From NCBI GenBank assembly GCA_963848295.1, contig CAWKDB010000010.1, positions 3,744,001 to 3,808,000 of the forward strand: a DNA stretch of 64,000 nt, given 5' to 3'. Source of the DNA: an uncultured delta proteobacterium (lineage in GTDB: Bacteria > Myxococcota_A > Polyangia > Haliangiales > Haliangiaceae). The notes beneath the pieces are model-generated. The model had not been told where the DNA came from, ran no database searches, and saw only the letters and a program-made list of their open reading frames with translations. Shown piece by piece: positions 19,848-30,589 of the stretch (position 1 is its first letter; every line of letters starts with the position of its first letter). The position numbers and the translations under genes were made by a program.

Positions 19848-21010
19848 CCTTTGGCTCGCTTGCGCGCTGCTATGTCGTCGACAGTTTGCGTCACCTGGGC
19901 CACGCGTGCATGCCACGTCTCCGAAATCATCGCCGCGGACCGCGCGACTCGGGCGGCTGGAGAATCACTCGCGAGCGCCGACTCGATCGCCGCGACCCAT
20001 TCGGCGCCGGTCGTCGCGATCGTCGCACCGTGCGCGGTGTAGCGCGCGACCTCGGGCACCGCCGTCGACACGACCGGCAGCCCGGCCGACAGATACTCGC
20101 GCAGCTTGAGCGGGTTGACGAACGTCATGCGCTCGTCGATGCGGTACGGGATCAAGCCGACCGAGAAGCCCTTGCAGTACGCGGGCAAGTCGCCGTGCGG
20201 ACGCTGACCGAGCAGGTGCACGTTCGGCAGACCGGCGAGCGCGGACATGTCGTCGAGCGCCTGGCCGATCAACGCGATCGTCCATTGCGGGCGCGCGCGG
20301 GCTATGTGCGCGATCAGCTCGGCGTCGACCCACGAGCGCAGCGTGCCGTAGAACCCGAGCCGAGGCCCGGGCAGCGCGGCGAGATCCGCGGGGATGCGGG
20401 TCGCGGGATCGAGCGCTCGTGCGAACAGCGCGTGATCGACGCCATGGGGCGAGACGTACGTGTTCGCGTTGACTGCACGCTTGGCTTCGGCGAGCGGCGC
20501 GTTGATCGCGAACACCGCGTCGACCTTCGCGAGCAGCGCGCGTTCGGCCGCGATCGTCTGCGCGCGATCGAGGTAACCGAACATCGACCACTCGTCGACG
20601 CAGTAGTAGACCGCGAGCGTCTCGCCGAGCGCGCCGACGTAGTCCGCGACGTTCGGCAAGAACGTCCACAGCTGGAACTCGCGGATGCCGAGGCGGAGGC
20701 GATAGGCGCGGATCGTCGCGCGCAGGATCTGGCGGTTGAGCGCGCGTGCCGCTGGCACGTGCGGCAGGGGCAACGCGAGCGGCGTCGCGACCCACAGGTC
20801 GTGCTCGACGTTGACCGGGCCCTTCGCGAACTCGACGAGCTTGCGGCGGATCTTGCCGAGATCGCGGCCGCTCGCGAGCGACGGCGTGCGCGTGGCGATC
20901 GAGTTCAGCCACAGCACGCGTCGCGTCTTCGCCAGCTCTTGCAACACGTGATGATTCGAGGTCGGGTCCTCGTGCCAGTCCTTCGCGAATGCGATGATCG
21001 GTGTAGGCAC
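19844..21010 (-). CDS. glycosyltransferase (GT-B, family 4-like)
   Basis: Last 388 aa of the long ORF: AKDW..PTSNHH, VYYCVDEWS, HGVD, GFYGTL, NPLKLREYLSAGLPVVST. Confidence 0.9.
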   Translation of the reverse strand: MPTPIIAFAKDWHEDPTSNHHVLQELAKTRRVLWLNSIATRTPSLASGRDLGKIRRKLVEFAKGPVNVEHDLWVATPLALPLPHVPAARALNRQILRATIRAYRLRLGIREFQLWTFLPNVADYVGALGETLAVYYCVDEWSMFGYLDRAQTIAAERALLAKVDAVFAINAPLAEAKRAVNANTYVSPHGVDHALFARALDPATRIPADLAALPGPRLGFYGTLRSWVDAELIAHIARARPQWTIALIGQALDDMSALAGLPNVHLLGQRPHGDLPAYCKGFSVGLIPYRIDERMTFVNPLKLREYLSAGLPVVSTAVPEVARYTAHGATIATTGAEWVAAIESALASDSPAARVARSAAMISETWHARVAQVTQTVDDIAARKRAKG

Positions 21011-22573
21011 GTGTCGACACGCGAAGGTACCCGCCGCCTGGCACGGCTCGCAACCGCTGCGGCATGCGTCTGCGCGTGCTCGCGAAAGTCGCCGGGGCCC
21101 GCGCTCCAGCTCGTCGGCGAGACCGAGCGGCTCCGGAGCGGTGACACCGTGCCGGCGCGCTCGCCGTACTTCGATGGCACGCACGTGACGCTCGTGGCAG
21201 CGCGCGGCGAGACGATCGGACTCGAGGTCTTGCACCGCGGCGGCGGTGGCGTCGCGCTCGCGATCGATCGGGCCGTCGTCCGCGGCTTTGCAGTCACCCC
21301 GGTCCACGTCGCGACGGCTTCGACCGAGATGTATGGCGGCAGCCATGGCGCCGGCGATTATCCCGACGTGCTCGCGCCGGCGACCGGCGCGATCGCGACC
21401 GACCCAGCCTACTTCACGATCGCAGTCGCGCGCGATGCGGCGCCGGGGCCGACGCACGGCACGCTGACGGTCGGCGTTCGAACGTTCGACGTGACGCTCG
21501 CGATCTCGCCGGTGACGCTGCCGCCGTTGCCCGAGACCGTGTGGGCGTACTACGACCCGCGCGAGCTCGACTGGGCGAAGCTCGGCACGGGAACGTTCGA
21601 TCGAACCGCATCGCCATTCGGCGGTGCTGCCGGCCGGGGGCAAGCCCCGACCGTCGATGCGCCGTCGCCCGAGGAGCGCGCGTGCATCGCGATGTTCGCC
21701 GAGCGCGGCGTGTTGCTGTCGCCGGATCTGCCGATCGCCGCGTGGCCGGCGCGCAAGCAGCTCGTCACGACGCCGTTCGTGCCAGCGAGGATCTCCGACG
21801 ATCCGGCGCGCGTCGGCGATGACGTGCGCGCGTGGATCGCGGCGACCCAGGGCACCGGCCAGGTGCCGTTCGCGATCCCGATCGACGAACCGCATGGCGC
21901 CGAGGCGCTCGCGAGCGTCCGGGCGCTGGCGCAGTCGGTGCGAGCGGCGGGCGGAGGCGCGGGTCGCTTCGTGTATGCGGTGACCGCGGATCCGAGCGCC
22001 GAGCTCGGCGACGTCGACCTCGTGATCACGCCGAACGCGAAGCTCGCCGACACCGCGGTGCGCTGGACCTACAACGGCGCTCCGCCGCGAGCCGGCGCGA
22101 TGGTCGTCGACGCGGAGTCGCCGGGGCCACGGACCTGGGGCTGGATCGCGTGGCGCTATCACATCCCAGTCTGGTACGTGTGGGACGCGCTGTACTGGCA
22201 CGATCGCCACAACGCGAAGCGCGCGCACCAGCCGCTGCCGGGCCGCGCGCTCGACGCCGCGAGCGACGCGCGGAGCTTCGACGACGGCGAGGATCACGGC
22301 AACCTCGACGGCGTGCTCGCGATGCCGGGTGACGCGCAGCTGCCGTGCAAGCCGACGTTGCAGCTCGAGTCGCTGCGCCGTGGCCTCGAGGACCGCCAGC
22401 TGCTCGAGCTCGCGGCCGCGTGCGCGCCGGGTCCGACCGCCGAGCTCGCTGCCAAGCTCGTGCCTGCCGCGCTCGGCGACGCCGGCTCGGAGCCATCGTG
22501 GCCACGCGACGAAGCGGCGTGGGAAGCAGCACGCCGCGAGTTGCTCCGCCTCGCTACGCCGTGCGCGCACTGA
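21011..22573 (+). CDS. putative exported glycoside-hydrolase-like protein (DUF4091-type C-terminus); start uncertain
   Basis: ARGETIGLEV, YPDVL, IDEP, WTYNG, NLDGVLAMPG..PTLQLESLRRGLEDRQLL; possible lipoprotein signal ..AACVCAC. Confidence 0.6.
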   Translation: MSTREGTRRLARLATAAACVCACSRKSPGPALQLVGETERLRSGDTVPARSPYFDGTHVTLVAARGETIGLEVLHRGGGGVALAIDRAVVRGFAVTPVHVATASTEMYGGSHGAGDYPDVLAPATGAIATDPAYFTIAVARDAAPGPTHGTLTVGVRTFDVTLAISPVTLPPLPETVWAYYDPRELDWAKLGTGTFDRTASPFGGAAGRGQAPTVDAPSPEERACIAMFAERGVLLSPDLPIAAWPARKQLVTTPFVPARISDDPARVGDDVRAWIAATQGTGQVPFAIPIDEPHGAEALASVRALAQSVRAAGGGAGRFVYAVTADPSAELGDVDLVITPNAKLADTAVRWTYNGAPPRAGAMVVDAESPGPRTWGWIAWRYHIPVWYVWDALYWHDRHNAKRAHQPLPGRALDAASDARSFDDGEDHGNLDGVLAMPGDAQLPCKPTLQLESLRRGLEDRQLLELAAACAPGPTAELAAKLVPAALGDAGSEPSWPRDEAAWEAARRELLRLATPCAH

Positions 22574-22575
22574 CG

Positions 22576-25008
22576 TCACCGCGGGGTGTCGATGATCGTG
22601 ACCTGTTGGTGCCCGGGCGATGGCGCGATGTCGACCGTGGTGCAGCTGACATTGCAGAACCGATAGCGGCCGGGCGCCATCGCGATCGCCTCGGCGTGGT
22701 GAGCGTCGGAGCACGACGCGGACGGGCTCCACATCGATTCGCTGGTCGCGTCGGGCGCGGTGATCGTGATGCTCGTGCACGGCGCATCGGGCGTCGTGAT
22801 ATCGACGGTGACGGCGGCCGCCGGGAGCGCGAACTCGATCGACGTGGTGACGTTCGCGGCGACGTGCACCGCGATCGGCGGGACGATGACGGAGCTGGCC
22901 AGCGTCGCGACGTAGTCGCCGGGCGGGAGCTGCGCGATCGAGAACTCGCCGTTCATGACATGCGCGCTGTAGTCGTCGGCGCCCGATGACAGGTGAGCCC
23001 GGTAGATCTCGTCGGGGGTGCCGTTCGCGACGCTGCCGACGACCGTGCCGGTCGCCTCGAGCCGGAGCTCGATGTCGGTGGCGAGCTCGTAGTCGTGCAG
23101 CGGCCGGGGCAGGGCGAGCCCGCGATCGGGCTCGGAGGCGGCGATGGTCACATCGGCGAGGTCGTCGGGCAGCCCGCCGATCTCGAACCGACCTGCGGCA
23201 TCGGTGCGGCCGCCGCGGGTGCCGGCGAGCTCGCCGCGCAACGACACCTCGCTGACGCCGCGTGCGCTCGTGGCGATCGCGACGCTCGCTCCGACGACGG
23301 GTTGGCCCGCCGGATCGACGACGCGGCCGCGGGCGGTGCGGCCCGGCGTGACCTCGATGTCGCCGAGATCGACCGGTGCGCCGCCGGTGACCGCGACATC
23401 CTTGATCGTCTTGCGCTGGAACGACGGCCCGACGATCGACACGTGCCACGTACCGGGGCGAAGCCCGTCGCGCGTGAACCGCCCGTCCGACGCACGGACC
23501 GGATCGGGCGTGTCGTAGCTCGGATCGGGATCGGTGCTGACCACGACGCCGAAGTAGTCGACCGGTACGCCGTTCATCACGACGCGACCCACGACCGTCG
23601 CGGCATCGGGCACGACGAGCGCGACGTGGCGGTCGCCGCTGTGCGCATGCGCGCGCTGCTCTGGATCGCCTTGATCGCCGTCGCGCAGCGCGCTGAGCAC
23701 GTAGTCGCCGGGCGGCGACCCTTCGAGCTCGAAGTGGCCGAAGCCATCGGCCCTGGCGTAGAGGTCGGTCGGTCCAGTCGCGGTCACGAGCGCGTCGGCC
23801 ACCGGGTCGCCGTGCGAATCCTTGACGACGCCGGCGATGCCGGACTCGGTCACGACGAAGCGCACCTCGGCATGCCCACCGCGGTTCAGGGTCACGTGTT
23901 GGATCGGCGCACCGAACCGCTCGGCGTCGACGCGGATGTCGGTCGGCCCGGGGTCGAGCCCGGTGACCAGGAATCGACCGTGCTCGTCGGTGCTCGCTTG
24001 TCCATTGCCGGCGCCTACGTGGGCGTCGGCGACGGGCTTGCCGGTCGCATCGACGACGACGCCTCCGACCGTCGCGCCCTTCTCGACGCGAAGCACGACA
24101 TCGAGCTTCGGCTGCACTCCGTCGAGCGGCACGATGAGGTCGGGCGTCGCGATGTGCGTTCTCGAATATGCCGAGGCGACAATCTTGCCGGCGCCGAATC
24201 CGGTGACTTGCCAATGACCTTGCGCATCGCTGTCGACGCTGTCGTTCCACCTTCGGTTCGTCATCTCGATCGTCACGCGCGCGTCCGCGACTGGGACACC
24301 GGCTTCGTCGAGGACGACTCCGGCGACGAGCGCACTCGGCCCGAGCACGACGCGCTTGTCGACGACGCGCGTCGGATCGTCACCGGCCGCGACGATGACG
24401 CGGGTCGAGGCGAGCCCGACCGCGGTGATGTCGACCGGGTCATCGCCGAAATCCATCGCGCGCAACCGCACCGTGCCGCTCGCGTCGGTGAATGCATCCG
24501 AATGCTCGCTCGCCGAGATCTTCGCGCCGACGACGGGCGCGCCCGCGTGATCGACGACGTGGACCGCGACGGTGGGACCGATCCGCAACGTCAGGACCTC
24601 GAGCTCGGTGTTCGCGCGTAACGCGACGTCGTCTTCGCCGTACGCCGTGTCGCGCTCGCCGACTAGCTGGTAGTCGCCTGCTGCGAGGTTGTCGAATGCG
24701 AACGAGCCATCGCTCTCACTGGTCGTCGTCCGGTCGTGATCGAGCGTGATCGTCGCGCCCGCGATCGGCTGCTCCTTGTCATCGACCGCCTCGCCTTCGA
24801 GCCTCAGGTCGCCGGCGGTGACATGGATGTGCGCGTCGCGGGCGGCGGCGGCCGCTCTGACCGCGGCGGCGAGCGCGTTGTCTTCGTGGAGCTCGCCGCT
24901 GGTGGCAGACCGTGGCAGTTCCGCGCTCGGCTGGTCCGAGCGACCGCAGCGGGCATACGCGATCGCGGCGATGGCGACCGCGGTGAGGACGAGCGCGCGC
25001 CGTGGCAT
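22576..25008 (-). CDS. multi-repeat carboxypeptidase-regulatory-like domain protein
   Basis: Repeated GxVvDxxGxPVxxAxV..TDxxGxF units; N-terminal hydrophobic anchor. Confidence 0.85.
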   Translation of the reverse strand: MPRRALVLTAVAIAAIAYARCGRSDQPSAELPRSATSGELHEDNALAAAVRAAAAARDAHIHVTAGDLRLEGEAVDDKEQPIAGATITLDHDRTTTSESDGSFAFDNLAAGDYQLVGERDTAYGEDDVALRANTELEVLTLRIGPTVAVHVVDHAGAPVVGAKISASEHSDAFTDASGTVRLRAMDFGDDPVDITAVGLASTRVIVAAGDDPTRVVDKRVVLGPSALVAGVVLDEAGVPVADARVTIEMTNRRWNDSVDSDAQGHWQVTGFGAGKIVASAYSRTHIATPDLIVPLDGVQPKLDVVLRVEKGATVGGVVVDATGKPVADAHVGAGNGQASTDEHGRFLVTGLDPGPTDIRVDAERFGAPIQHVTLNRGGHAEVRFVVTESGIAGVVKDSHGDPVADALVTATGPTDLYARADGFGHFELEGSPPGDYVLSALRDGDQGDPEQRAHAHSGDRHVALVVPDAATVVGRVVMNGVPVDYFGVVVSTDPDPSYDTPDPVRASDGRFTRDGLRPGTWHVSIVGPSFQRKTIKDVAVTGGAPVDLGDIEVTPGRTARGRVVDPAGQPVVGASVAIATSARGVSEVSLRGELAGTRGGRTDAAGRFEIGGLPDDLADVTIAASEPDRGLALPRPLHDYELATDIELRLEATGTVVGSVANGTPDEIYRAHLSSGADDYSAHVMNGEFSIAQLPPGDYVATLASSVIVPPIAVHVAANVTTSIEFALPAAAVTVDITTPDAPCTSITITAPDATSESMWSPSASCSDAHHAEAIAMAPGRYRFCNVSCTTVDIAPSPGHQQVTIIDTPR

Positions 25009-25021
25009 GACTCTAGCTGTC

Positions 25022-25047
25022 AACGCACGGCCCCCGGCGTAAGTTCC
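25022..25047 (-). promoter_or_regulatory. possible ECF sigma promoter GGAAC-N17-CGTT
   Basis: Minus strand GGAAC-ttacgccgggggccgtg-CGTT, 13 nt upstream of ATG 25008. Confidence 0.4.
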
Positions 25048-25144
25048 GATCGCACCGCAGCCATGTGGGCGGGTGTGAGATGGATCCCGCGGCGATGACA
25101 GCGCTCACGTAGAGGGAGTGGTCGGCCCGGGCTCGGTGGTTACG

Positions 25145-26020
25145 CTATTCGACGAGCACGGTGCCTGCGATCTTGCTCGTGCCGAGCTGGTCGATCGCCC
25201 GGCGGAGCTCGCGTGCCGTCGACTTGTGCGCTCGGAGGGCGAGCAACACGGCGTCGGCGGCATCGCTGATCAAGTTCATGTCGGCGGAGCCCAGCACCGG
25301 CGGCGCGTCGATCACGATGTGATCGTAGCCGAGCCGGAGGCGCTCCATCGCGATCGCGAACGCGGGTGCATCGAGTAGCTGCGACTTCTCGATGCGCGGG
25401 CTGATCGCGGCGACGTGGAGCCACAGTTGCGGGATCTCGACGAAGCTCCACGGCAACATCGGCTGATGGCGGTGCGCGGCGAGCTGCTCGTAGAAGCACC
25501 ACGGCGGGACGAGCCGAAACACGTTCGCGAGCTGCGGGCGAGCGACATGCGCTTCGGCGAGCAAGACCTTCGCGCGTCCGCACTCGGCGAGCGCGAGCGC
25601 GAGGTTGATCGCGGTGGCGGTCGTACCGTTGCCATCGGTCGGGCTCGACACGACGATGACTTGCGGCCGACCGAGCTCGAGCAGGTGATGACGCAACACG
25701 CGAAACGCCGCGGCGCGCTCGGAGTCGGGGTCGCCGACGAGCGTGAGTCGCGGGTCGAGCGGTTCGTCGGCGGGCAGGTGATGTTGGCTCAGCCCGATCT
25801 CGGGTGGCGGGCCACTCGGCAACACCGGAGCGCGCGGCGCGACCTCGTACGCGGCCTGGCGCACGAGCGCACCGGCGGCCCGGTCTTCGCGCATCTGCGG
25901 CATCGTCAGCTCTGGGTGCTCCGCCGGATCCATCTGCTGCGTGACGAGTGGCAGCGGCGCGGGCGCACGGCCCATCGGCTGCGGCACCTCGCCATATCGG
26001 CCAGTTCGCTTCTGGGTCAC
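25145..26020 (-). CDS. CpsD/CapB-family BY-kinase-like protein with degenerate catalytic motifs
   Basis: [25 protein letters not shown] (Walker A lacking Lys), [19 protein letters not shown]. Confidence 0.85.
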   Translation of the reverse strand: MTQKRTGRYGEVPQPMGRAPAPLPLVTQQMDPAEHPELTMPQMREDRAAGALVRQAAYEVAPRAPVLPSGPPPEIGLSQHHLPADEPLDPRLTLVGDPDSERAAAFRVLRHHLLELGRPQVIVVSSPTDGNGTTATAINLALALAECGRAKVLLAEAHVARPQLANVFRLVPPWCFYEQLAAHRHQPMLPWSFVEIPQLWLHVAAISPRIEKSQLLDAPAFAIAMERLRLGYDHIVIDAPPVLGSADMNLISDAADAVLLALRAHKSTARELRRAIDQLGTSKIAGTVLVE

Positions 26021-27522
26021 GCGCGGTGCTTCCTGAGAGTCGCCGGTGGGATCACGGCCAACACGGCGATGCCCAGTTGATCGATATCGGCTCGGCGGTT
26101 GAGTCGATCATCGATGACCGCGAGGCCGATCGCAAGAGCGGCACCGATCGCCATGAACAGCGCGACGCCGGCCATCAAGAAGATCGTCTTGCCCGGGCCG
26201 GTCGGCCGTGCAGGCACGAACGCAGGATCGAGCGACGTCAGCACCGTGTTCTCTTGCTGATCGACGCCACCACCGCGTTGCCGGGCATCCATCTCGGCGA
26301 CGAACACGCTGTTCGAGAGCGCCGCGACGCGCTCGCGCTGTTCGTTCACCTGCCGGCGAAGCTCGGAAAACTCGGTCTCGAGGTTGACGACCCAGTTCGT
26401 GCTCGCCTCGGCCGCGGCGTTCGCGGCAGCAGCAGCGGGGCTGGAACTATTGCGCTTCTGCTCGTCGGCGATCTGACCATCGAGTGTGGCGAGCTCTCTT
26501 TGCAGCTTCGTGCGATCGGCGGGGGTCGTCGCGGCGATCTGAGGCTCGATCTCGGGAGGCGGGACCGCGGCCTGGGCGTGGCGGAGGCGCTGTTGCACCT
26601 CGGCGACGTGCTCCTGCGCCTTGATCACGGTCGGGTGCTTCTCGGTGTACTTGTTCGTCGCGTCCTCGAGGTCGCGAGTCGCGGCGGCCAGCTCGCGCTG
26701 CGCTTCGGCGACCGCTTGTTCGGCGAGCACGCGCTCGGGAGTCGCCGGCGCGACGACGCGGACTGGCTTGGCATCGGGCGGTGCGTCGAGCGCGCTTTGA
26801 ATCCTCTGGCGTTGCCGCTCGAGCGCGTACAGTCGCGCGTTGCCGGTCGGGACCGCCTTCTGATTGTGGAAGGCGCGGATCGACGCGCCTTCGCTCTGTT
26901 GATTTGGATCGGCGGCGAACTCCGGGTGCTTGGCCTGGAATTCGGCGAGCGCCTGCTCGCGGGTATGCAGCACGGCGGCGGCTTCTTCTTGCTGCGTCGT
27001 CGCGAAGTTCATCGCGGCGGTGACCTGCGCCTTGCGCAACGAGTTGTCCTTGTCGCGCAGGAGCTTCGCGAGCCTGTCGGTGACGTCCCGCGCGCGCTCC
27101 GGTATGGAGTCGCTATACGTGATGCGAAACGCGTTCGCGCCCTTGGGATCGAAGCGAATCGCGGTGCGCAGCTTCTCCACCGCGATCTCGGGATCCGTGC
27201 CCGGTGGAAACGGGTTGAGCTTCGGATCGTTGATGATCGGCAACAGCTGGGCGCGCGCGAACAACAGCTCGCGCAGTCGATCGCCGACGTTGCGCACCCC
27301 GATCTCGACGCGGTTCTGCACGACGCTGGCCTGCGATTGGTCGTCGTAGAGCAACGTCGACCACGACTGATAGACGCGGCCGCGGGTCATCGCAAACGCG
27401 AGCGACAGCCCGCCGCCCACGACCGTGAAGATCGCGACCAGCCACCAGTACGCGAACGCCTTGCGGCCGAGATCGACCAGCCCCTGCAGCCGGTCGCGGG
27501 GGGTCACCGGTGAGAGCGCCAT
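26017..27522 (-). CDS. polysaccharide co-polymerase (Wzz/Wzc/GumC-like) 1
   Basis: Two TM segments flanking a coiled coil; [36 protein letters not shown]. Confidence 0.88.
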   Translation of the reverse strand: MALSPVTPRDRLQGLVDLGRKAFAYWWLVAIFTVVGGGLSLAFAMTRGRVYQSWSTLLYDDQSQASVVQNRVEIGVRNVGDRLRELLFARAQLLPIINDPKLNPFPPGTDPEIAVEKLRTAIRFDPKGANAFRITYSDSIPERARDVTDRLAKLLRDKDNSLRKAQVTAAMNFATTQQEEAAAVLHTREQALAEFQAKHPEFAADPNQQSEGASIRAFHNQKAVPTGNARLYALERQRQRIQSALDAPPDAKPVRVVAPATPERVLAEQAVAEAQRELAAATRDLEDATNKYTEKHPTVIKAQEHVAEVQQRLRHAQAAVPPPEIEPQIAATTPADRTKLQRELATLDGQIADEQKRNSSSPAAAAANAAAEASTNWVVNLETEFSELRRQVNEQRERVAALSNSVFVAEMDARQRGGGVDQQENTVLTSLDPAFVPARPTGPGKTIFLMAGVALFMAIGAALAIGLAVIDDRLNRRADIDQLGIAVLAVIPPATLRKHRA

Positions 27523-28592
27523 CGCAGGAACGATGGTACACGACCGCGCGCGGCGCCACGGGACTCCAGGGAGCCGATGTGGTCGCCTGGGAATCCGGGC
27601 ACATGGCCGAGGACCGGCAGATCGAGCCGCGCGACGTCGTCGCGGTCGTGGACGCGTGCGTCGAACGCACCGACGACGAGTGCCGAGCCGATCAGCGATG
27701 AGAACGCCGCAACCGCGGCGAACAGCACGAACGCGAACCCTGCATGGTTCGAAGGAATCGGCCGGCGCTCTTCCACGATCGCGACCGATTCATCGAGCCC
27801 GGCCTCGGTGACGCGATCTGCGATCGATTCGTTGCTCTGCGCGATCAGCGTCAGCCTGCGCTCGAGCGCCGCGATCTCGGCGGTCAGCTCGGAGCTCTCG
27901 ATCGACATCAGCGCGGACAGCTGGTCATCGTGGTGCTCGTTCGCGACCTCGAGCTTCTCGAGCTTCTCGCTGCGATCGCGCGTGAGCTGGTCGAGGCGGG
28001 TCGCGATCTTGTCGTGAGCGGCTGCGACTTCGGCGGCGATGCCGTTGCTGACCCGTTGCTGACGAGCGAGCGCGGTCTGGATCACGAGCTGCGCGAGCTC
28101 GTGCGCGAGCTTGTATGCTCGATCGCCGTCGACATCGGTCACGGTCAAGCCGATCCGTGCCGAGTGCTCGGCGTCGCGCGAGTCGCCGCTCGCGATCAGC
28201 GTGTTCTTCCAGATCTCGATCGTCAGCTGGTCGCGCAGCTCGCCGATCGCGTATTCGAGACCGAGCTTCTTGCGGCCCGGGTACAAGTCGAGGCGCTCGA
28301 TCAGCGCGCCGAGCTCCTTGTCGGGCAACAGCGTCTCGGCGACGTATGCGCGCAGCTCGTCGACCGGGAGATCGCTGTGGGTCGTCAGGGTCTCGCCCTG
28401 GGTCAACGCGAGCACGACCTCGGCTTCGACCGCCGGCGTGCGCTTCACATACGCGAGCAACAGCAGCGCGGTGAGGATCGCCGCGACCGCGAGGACGGGC
28501 CACGGCCGCGCGCGCGCCCGCCGCGCGATCCGTTGCAGCTCGACGACCATGGCGCTGCGCGTCGATTCCTCGGCCGCGTACCAGTCGGTCAC
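27504..28592 (-). CDS. polysaccharide co-polymerase-like protein 2
   Basis: Two TMs, LIERLDLYP, coiled coil, FDARVHDRDDVARLDLPVLGHVP; GTG start overlapping the upstream stop. Confidence 0.78.
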   Translation of the reverse strand: MTDWYAAEESTRSAMVVELQRIARRARARPWPVLAVAAILTALLLLAYVKRTPAVEAEVVLALTQGETLTTHSDLPVDELRAYVAETLLPDKELGALIERLDLYPGRKKLGLEYAIGELRDQLTIEIWKNTLIASGDSRDAEHSARIGLTVTDVDGDRAYKLAHELAQLVIQTALARQQRVSNGIAAEVAAAHDKIATRLDQLTRDRSEKLEKLEVANEHHDDQLSALMSIESSELTAEIAALERRLTLIAQSNESIADRVTEAGLDESVAIVEERRPIPSNHAGFAFVLFAAVAAFSSLIGSALVVGAFDARVHDRDDVARLDLPVLGHVPGFPGDHIGSLESRGAARGRVPSFLRWRSHR

Positions 28593-29752
28593 GGATCGAC
28601 GGTAGCACGCAGGACCGCGTGCAGCGCGGCGGCACTCGCGCGCCAGCCCCCGCGGGCTCCGAGCCGGGCGACCTCGGCCGGATCGTACTGGACTCGCAAC
28701 GCGGCGACGATCGCGCCGGCGAGCGCAGCCGGATCGCGTGGCGGCACGAGCGCGCCCAGCTCGGGGCGCGTGATCAGATCCGGAATGCCGCCGACGTTCG
28801 AGGCGACGACCCGACGGCCACTCGCGAGCGCCTCGAGCACGACGTTCGGCGTGCCCTCGGAGTGGCTCGGCAACACGACGATGTCGGCCGCGGCCATCCA
28901 GGTCGGCACGCGGTGGAGCGGTTGTGGGCCGACGAGACGCATCCGCTCGCCGGTGAGCCGCTCCCGCAACGGACCATCGCCGACCACCGCGAGCTGCGCG
29001 TCGGGCATCGCGGCGGTCACGATCGGCCATGCCTCCGCCAGCTCGGCGACCCCCTTCTCCGGTTTGAGGTTGCCGACGTAGACGACGAGGGGTCCGGCCG
29101 GCACCCCGAGCTCGAGTCGTGCGGCGGCTCGGTCGCGCGGCCGGAACAGCTCGCCGTCGACCCCGTTCATCACGATCGCGACGTGGTCACGCCGGACGCC
29201 GAGCGCGATCGCCTCCTCGCCGAGCGCGCGACTGACCGCGACGACCCGCGCCGCTCGCGGCAACGCCCAGCTCAGCATGCGGCGTGGTCCAGCCAGCTTC
29301 GCGATCGCGTTGATGTCGGAGCCGTGCAGCTTGACGACGCACGGCACGCCGAGCAACCGACTCGCGATCACCGCGGCGAAGCCATCGGGGTAGGCCCACG
29401 AACCGAGCACCACGTCGACCTTGTGGCGATAGCCCGCGATCACCGGCGCGATGGACGCGGCGTACAGCGGCCCCCACATCGAGTGCGCGAGCTTCGGCAC
29501 GAACAGCGTGCGCGGATGACGCACCTCGAGCCCCGCGATCGTCTCGCGCGCGGGGACATCGGCGAGCTTGCCCGCGCTCGACCATCGCGCGGTCAGCCCC
29601 GCGCCGGGAAACCACGGAATCGTCGCGAGGATCTCGAGCTCGCACAGCTCCGCCAGCGCGGCGAACTGCTGGCGATTGAATGGCGCGGACAGCGGCTCGA
29701 CGGCGTTCGGAAAGATCTTCGTGATCGCGAGGACGCGCACGGCGAAGGCCAC
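28589..29752 (-). CDS. glycosyltransferase family 4 (TuaC-like)
   Basis: WAYPDG, HGSD, NGVD, VGNLKPEKG, EGTPNVVLEALASG. Confidence 0.93.
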   Translation of the reverse strand: MAFAVRVLAITKIFPNAVEPLSAPFNRQQFAALAELCELEILATIPWFPGAGLTARWSSAGKLADVPARETIAGLEVRHPRTLFVPKLAHSMWGPLYAASIAPVIAGYRHKVDVVLGSWAYPDGFAAVIASRLLGVPCVVKLHGSDINAIAKLAGPRRMLSWALPRAARVVAVSRALGEEAIALGVRRDHVAIVMNGVDGELFRPRDRAAARLELGVPAGPLVVYVGNLKPEKGVAELAEAWPIVTAAMPDAQLAVVGDGPLRERLTGERMRLVGPQPLHRVPTWMAAADIVVLPSHSEGTPNVVLEALASGRRVVASNVGGIPDLITRPELGALVPPRDPAALAGAIVAALRVQYDPAEVARLGARGGWRASAAALHAVLRATVDP

Positions 29753-29757
29753 ACCTT

Positions 29758-30063
29758 CTACAGGTTGAAGACCTTGTCCATACGCAGCAGCTTGAAGATC
29801 GCGAGCGGTTGATCGCGCGCGCCGGTGATCTGCATCGTGCCGCCGACCCCGCGCACACCCTTGTAGAGCTTGACGAGCGCCGCGACGCCGGAGCTGTCGA
29901 TCAGCTCGAGCCCTGCGAGATCGACCGTCACCTTCGCCGGCTTGCCCGCCACGATCCGATCGATCTCCTCGGCGAGCGGCGGCGCACTGTTGATATCGAG
30001 CGAGCCACGGATCGCGAGCATCACGTCGCGGTCGTTGCGTTGCACGTCGAACGGCGTCGGCAC
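29758..30063 (-). CDS. STAS-domain anti-sigma-factor antagonist (RsbV/SpoIIAA-like)
   Basis: GSLD..VDLAGLELIDSSGVAALV with the phosphorylatable Ser. Confidence 0.92.
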   Translation of the reverse strand: MPTPFDVQRNDRDVMLAIRGSLDINSAPPLAEEIDRIVAGKPAKVTVDLAGLELIDSSGVAALVKLYKGVRGVGGTMQITGARDQPLAIFKLLRMDKVFNL

Positions 30064-30064
30064 T

Positions 30065-30541
30065 TCAGCTCCTCCCGACCGTCCGCACGGACGGCATGCG
30101 CTTGCACAGCCGCCACAGATTCGGCGGGCCTGGCTCGTAGGTCATCTCGTCGAGCATCGTCTTCGCGATATGAATCCCCATCCCGCCCTCCGGAAGTGAT
30201 GCCTCGTCGAGGTCGCTCGGCACCGGCTCGACTTCGTCGATGTCGAACGGGTTGCCGTGATCCTTGATCTCGATGACGAGCTCGCGTTCGCGCGGTGTGA
30301 TCGCGAGCTCGATCGCACCGCTCGTCGCGCGCGCGTACGCGTGAATCGCGATGTTGTTGAAGATCTCCATGAAGGCCGAGATCACCGCGGTGTCGAACGG
30401 ATCGCGGACATCGTACGCCTGCGGATTATCCGGGTCGGCCGGTTTGGAGCCCGAGACCAGTCGCGCCGCCTCGGCGACGACCCGCACCGCGATCGCGCGG
30501 TAGCGCAGGGTCCCGGGGACGATCAGCCGGATCGGGGTCAT
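30065..30541 (-). CDS. RsbW/SpoIIAB-like HATPase Ser kinase (anti-sigma factor family)
   Basis: EIFNNIAIHAY, IKDHGNPFD, EGGMGIHI; start ATG 30541 with TATTCT 8 nt upstream. Confidence 0.9.
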   Translation of the reverse strand: MTPIRLIVPGTLRYRAIAVRVVAEAARLVSGSKPADPDNPQAYDVRDPFDTAVISAFMEIFNNIAIHAYARATSGAIELAITPRERELVIEIKDHGNPFDIDEVEPVPSDLDEASLPEGGMGIHIAKTMLDEMTYEPGPPNLWRLCKRMPSVRTVGRS

Positions 30542-30589
30542 CGGCGGCCAGAATAGCAGCGGCGGGACCCCGCGTGGTACCCTCGTGGC

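Noticed and set aside
19844..24250. 1468-aa minus-strand ORF as a single giant protein
   Set aside because: Only the last 388 aa look like a protein (glycosyltransferase); the rest is Arg-rich off-frame or antisense read-through of other genes
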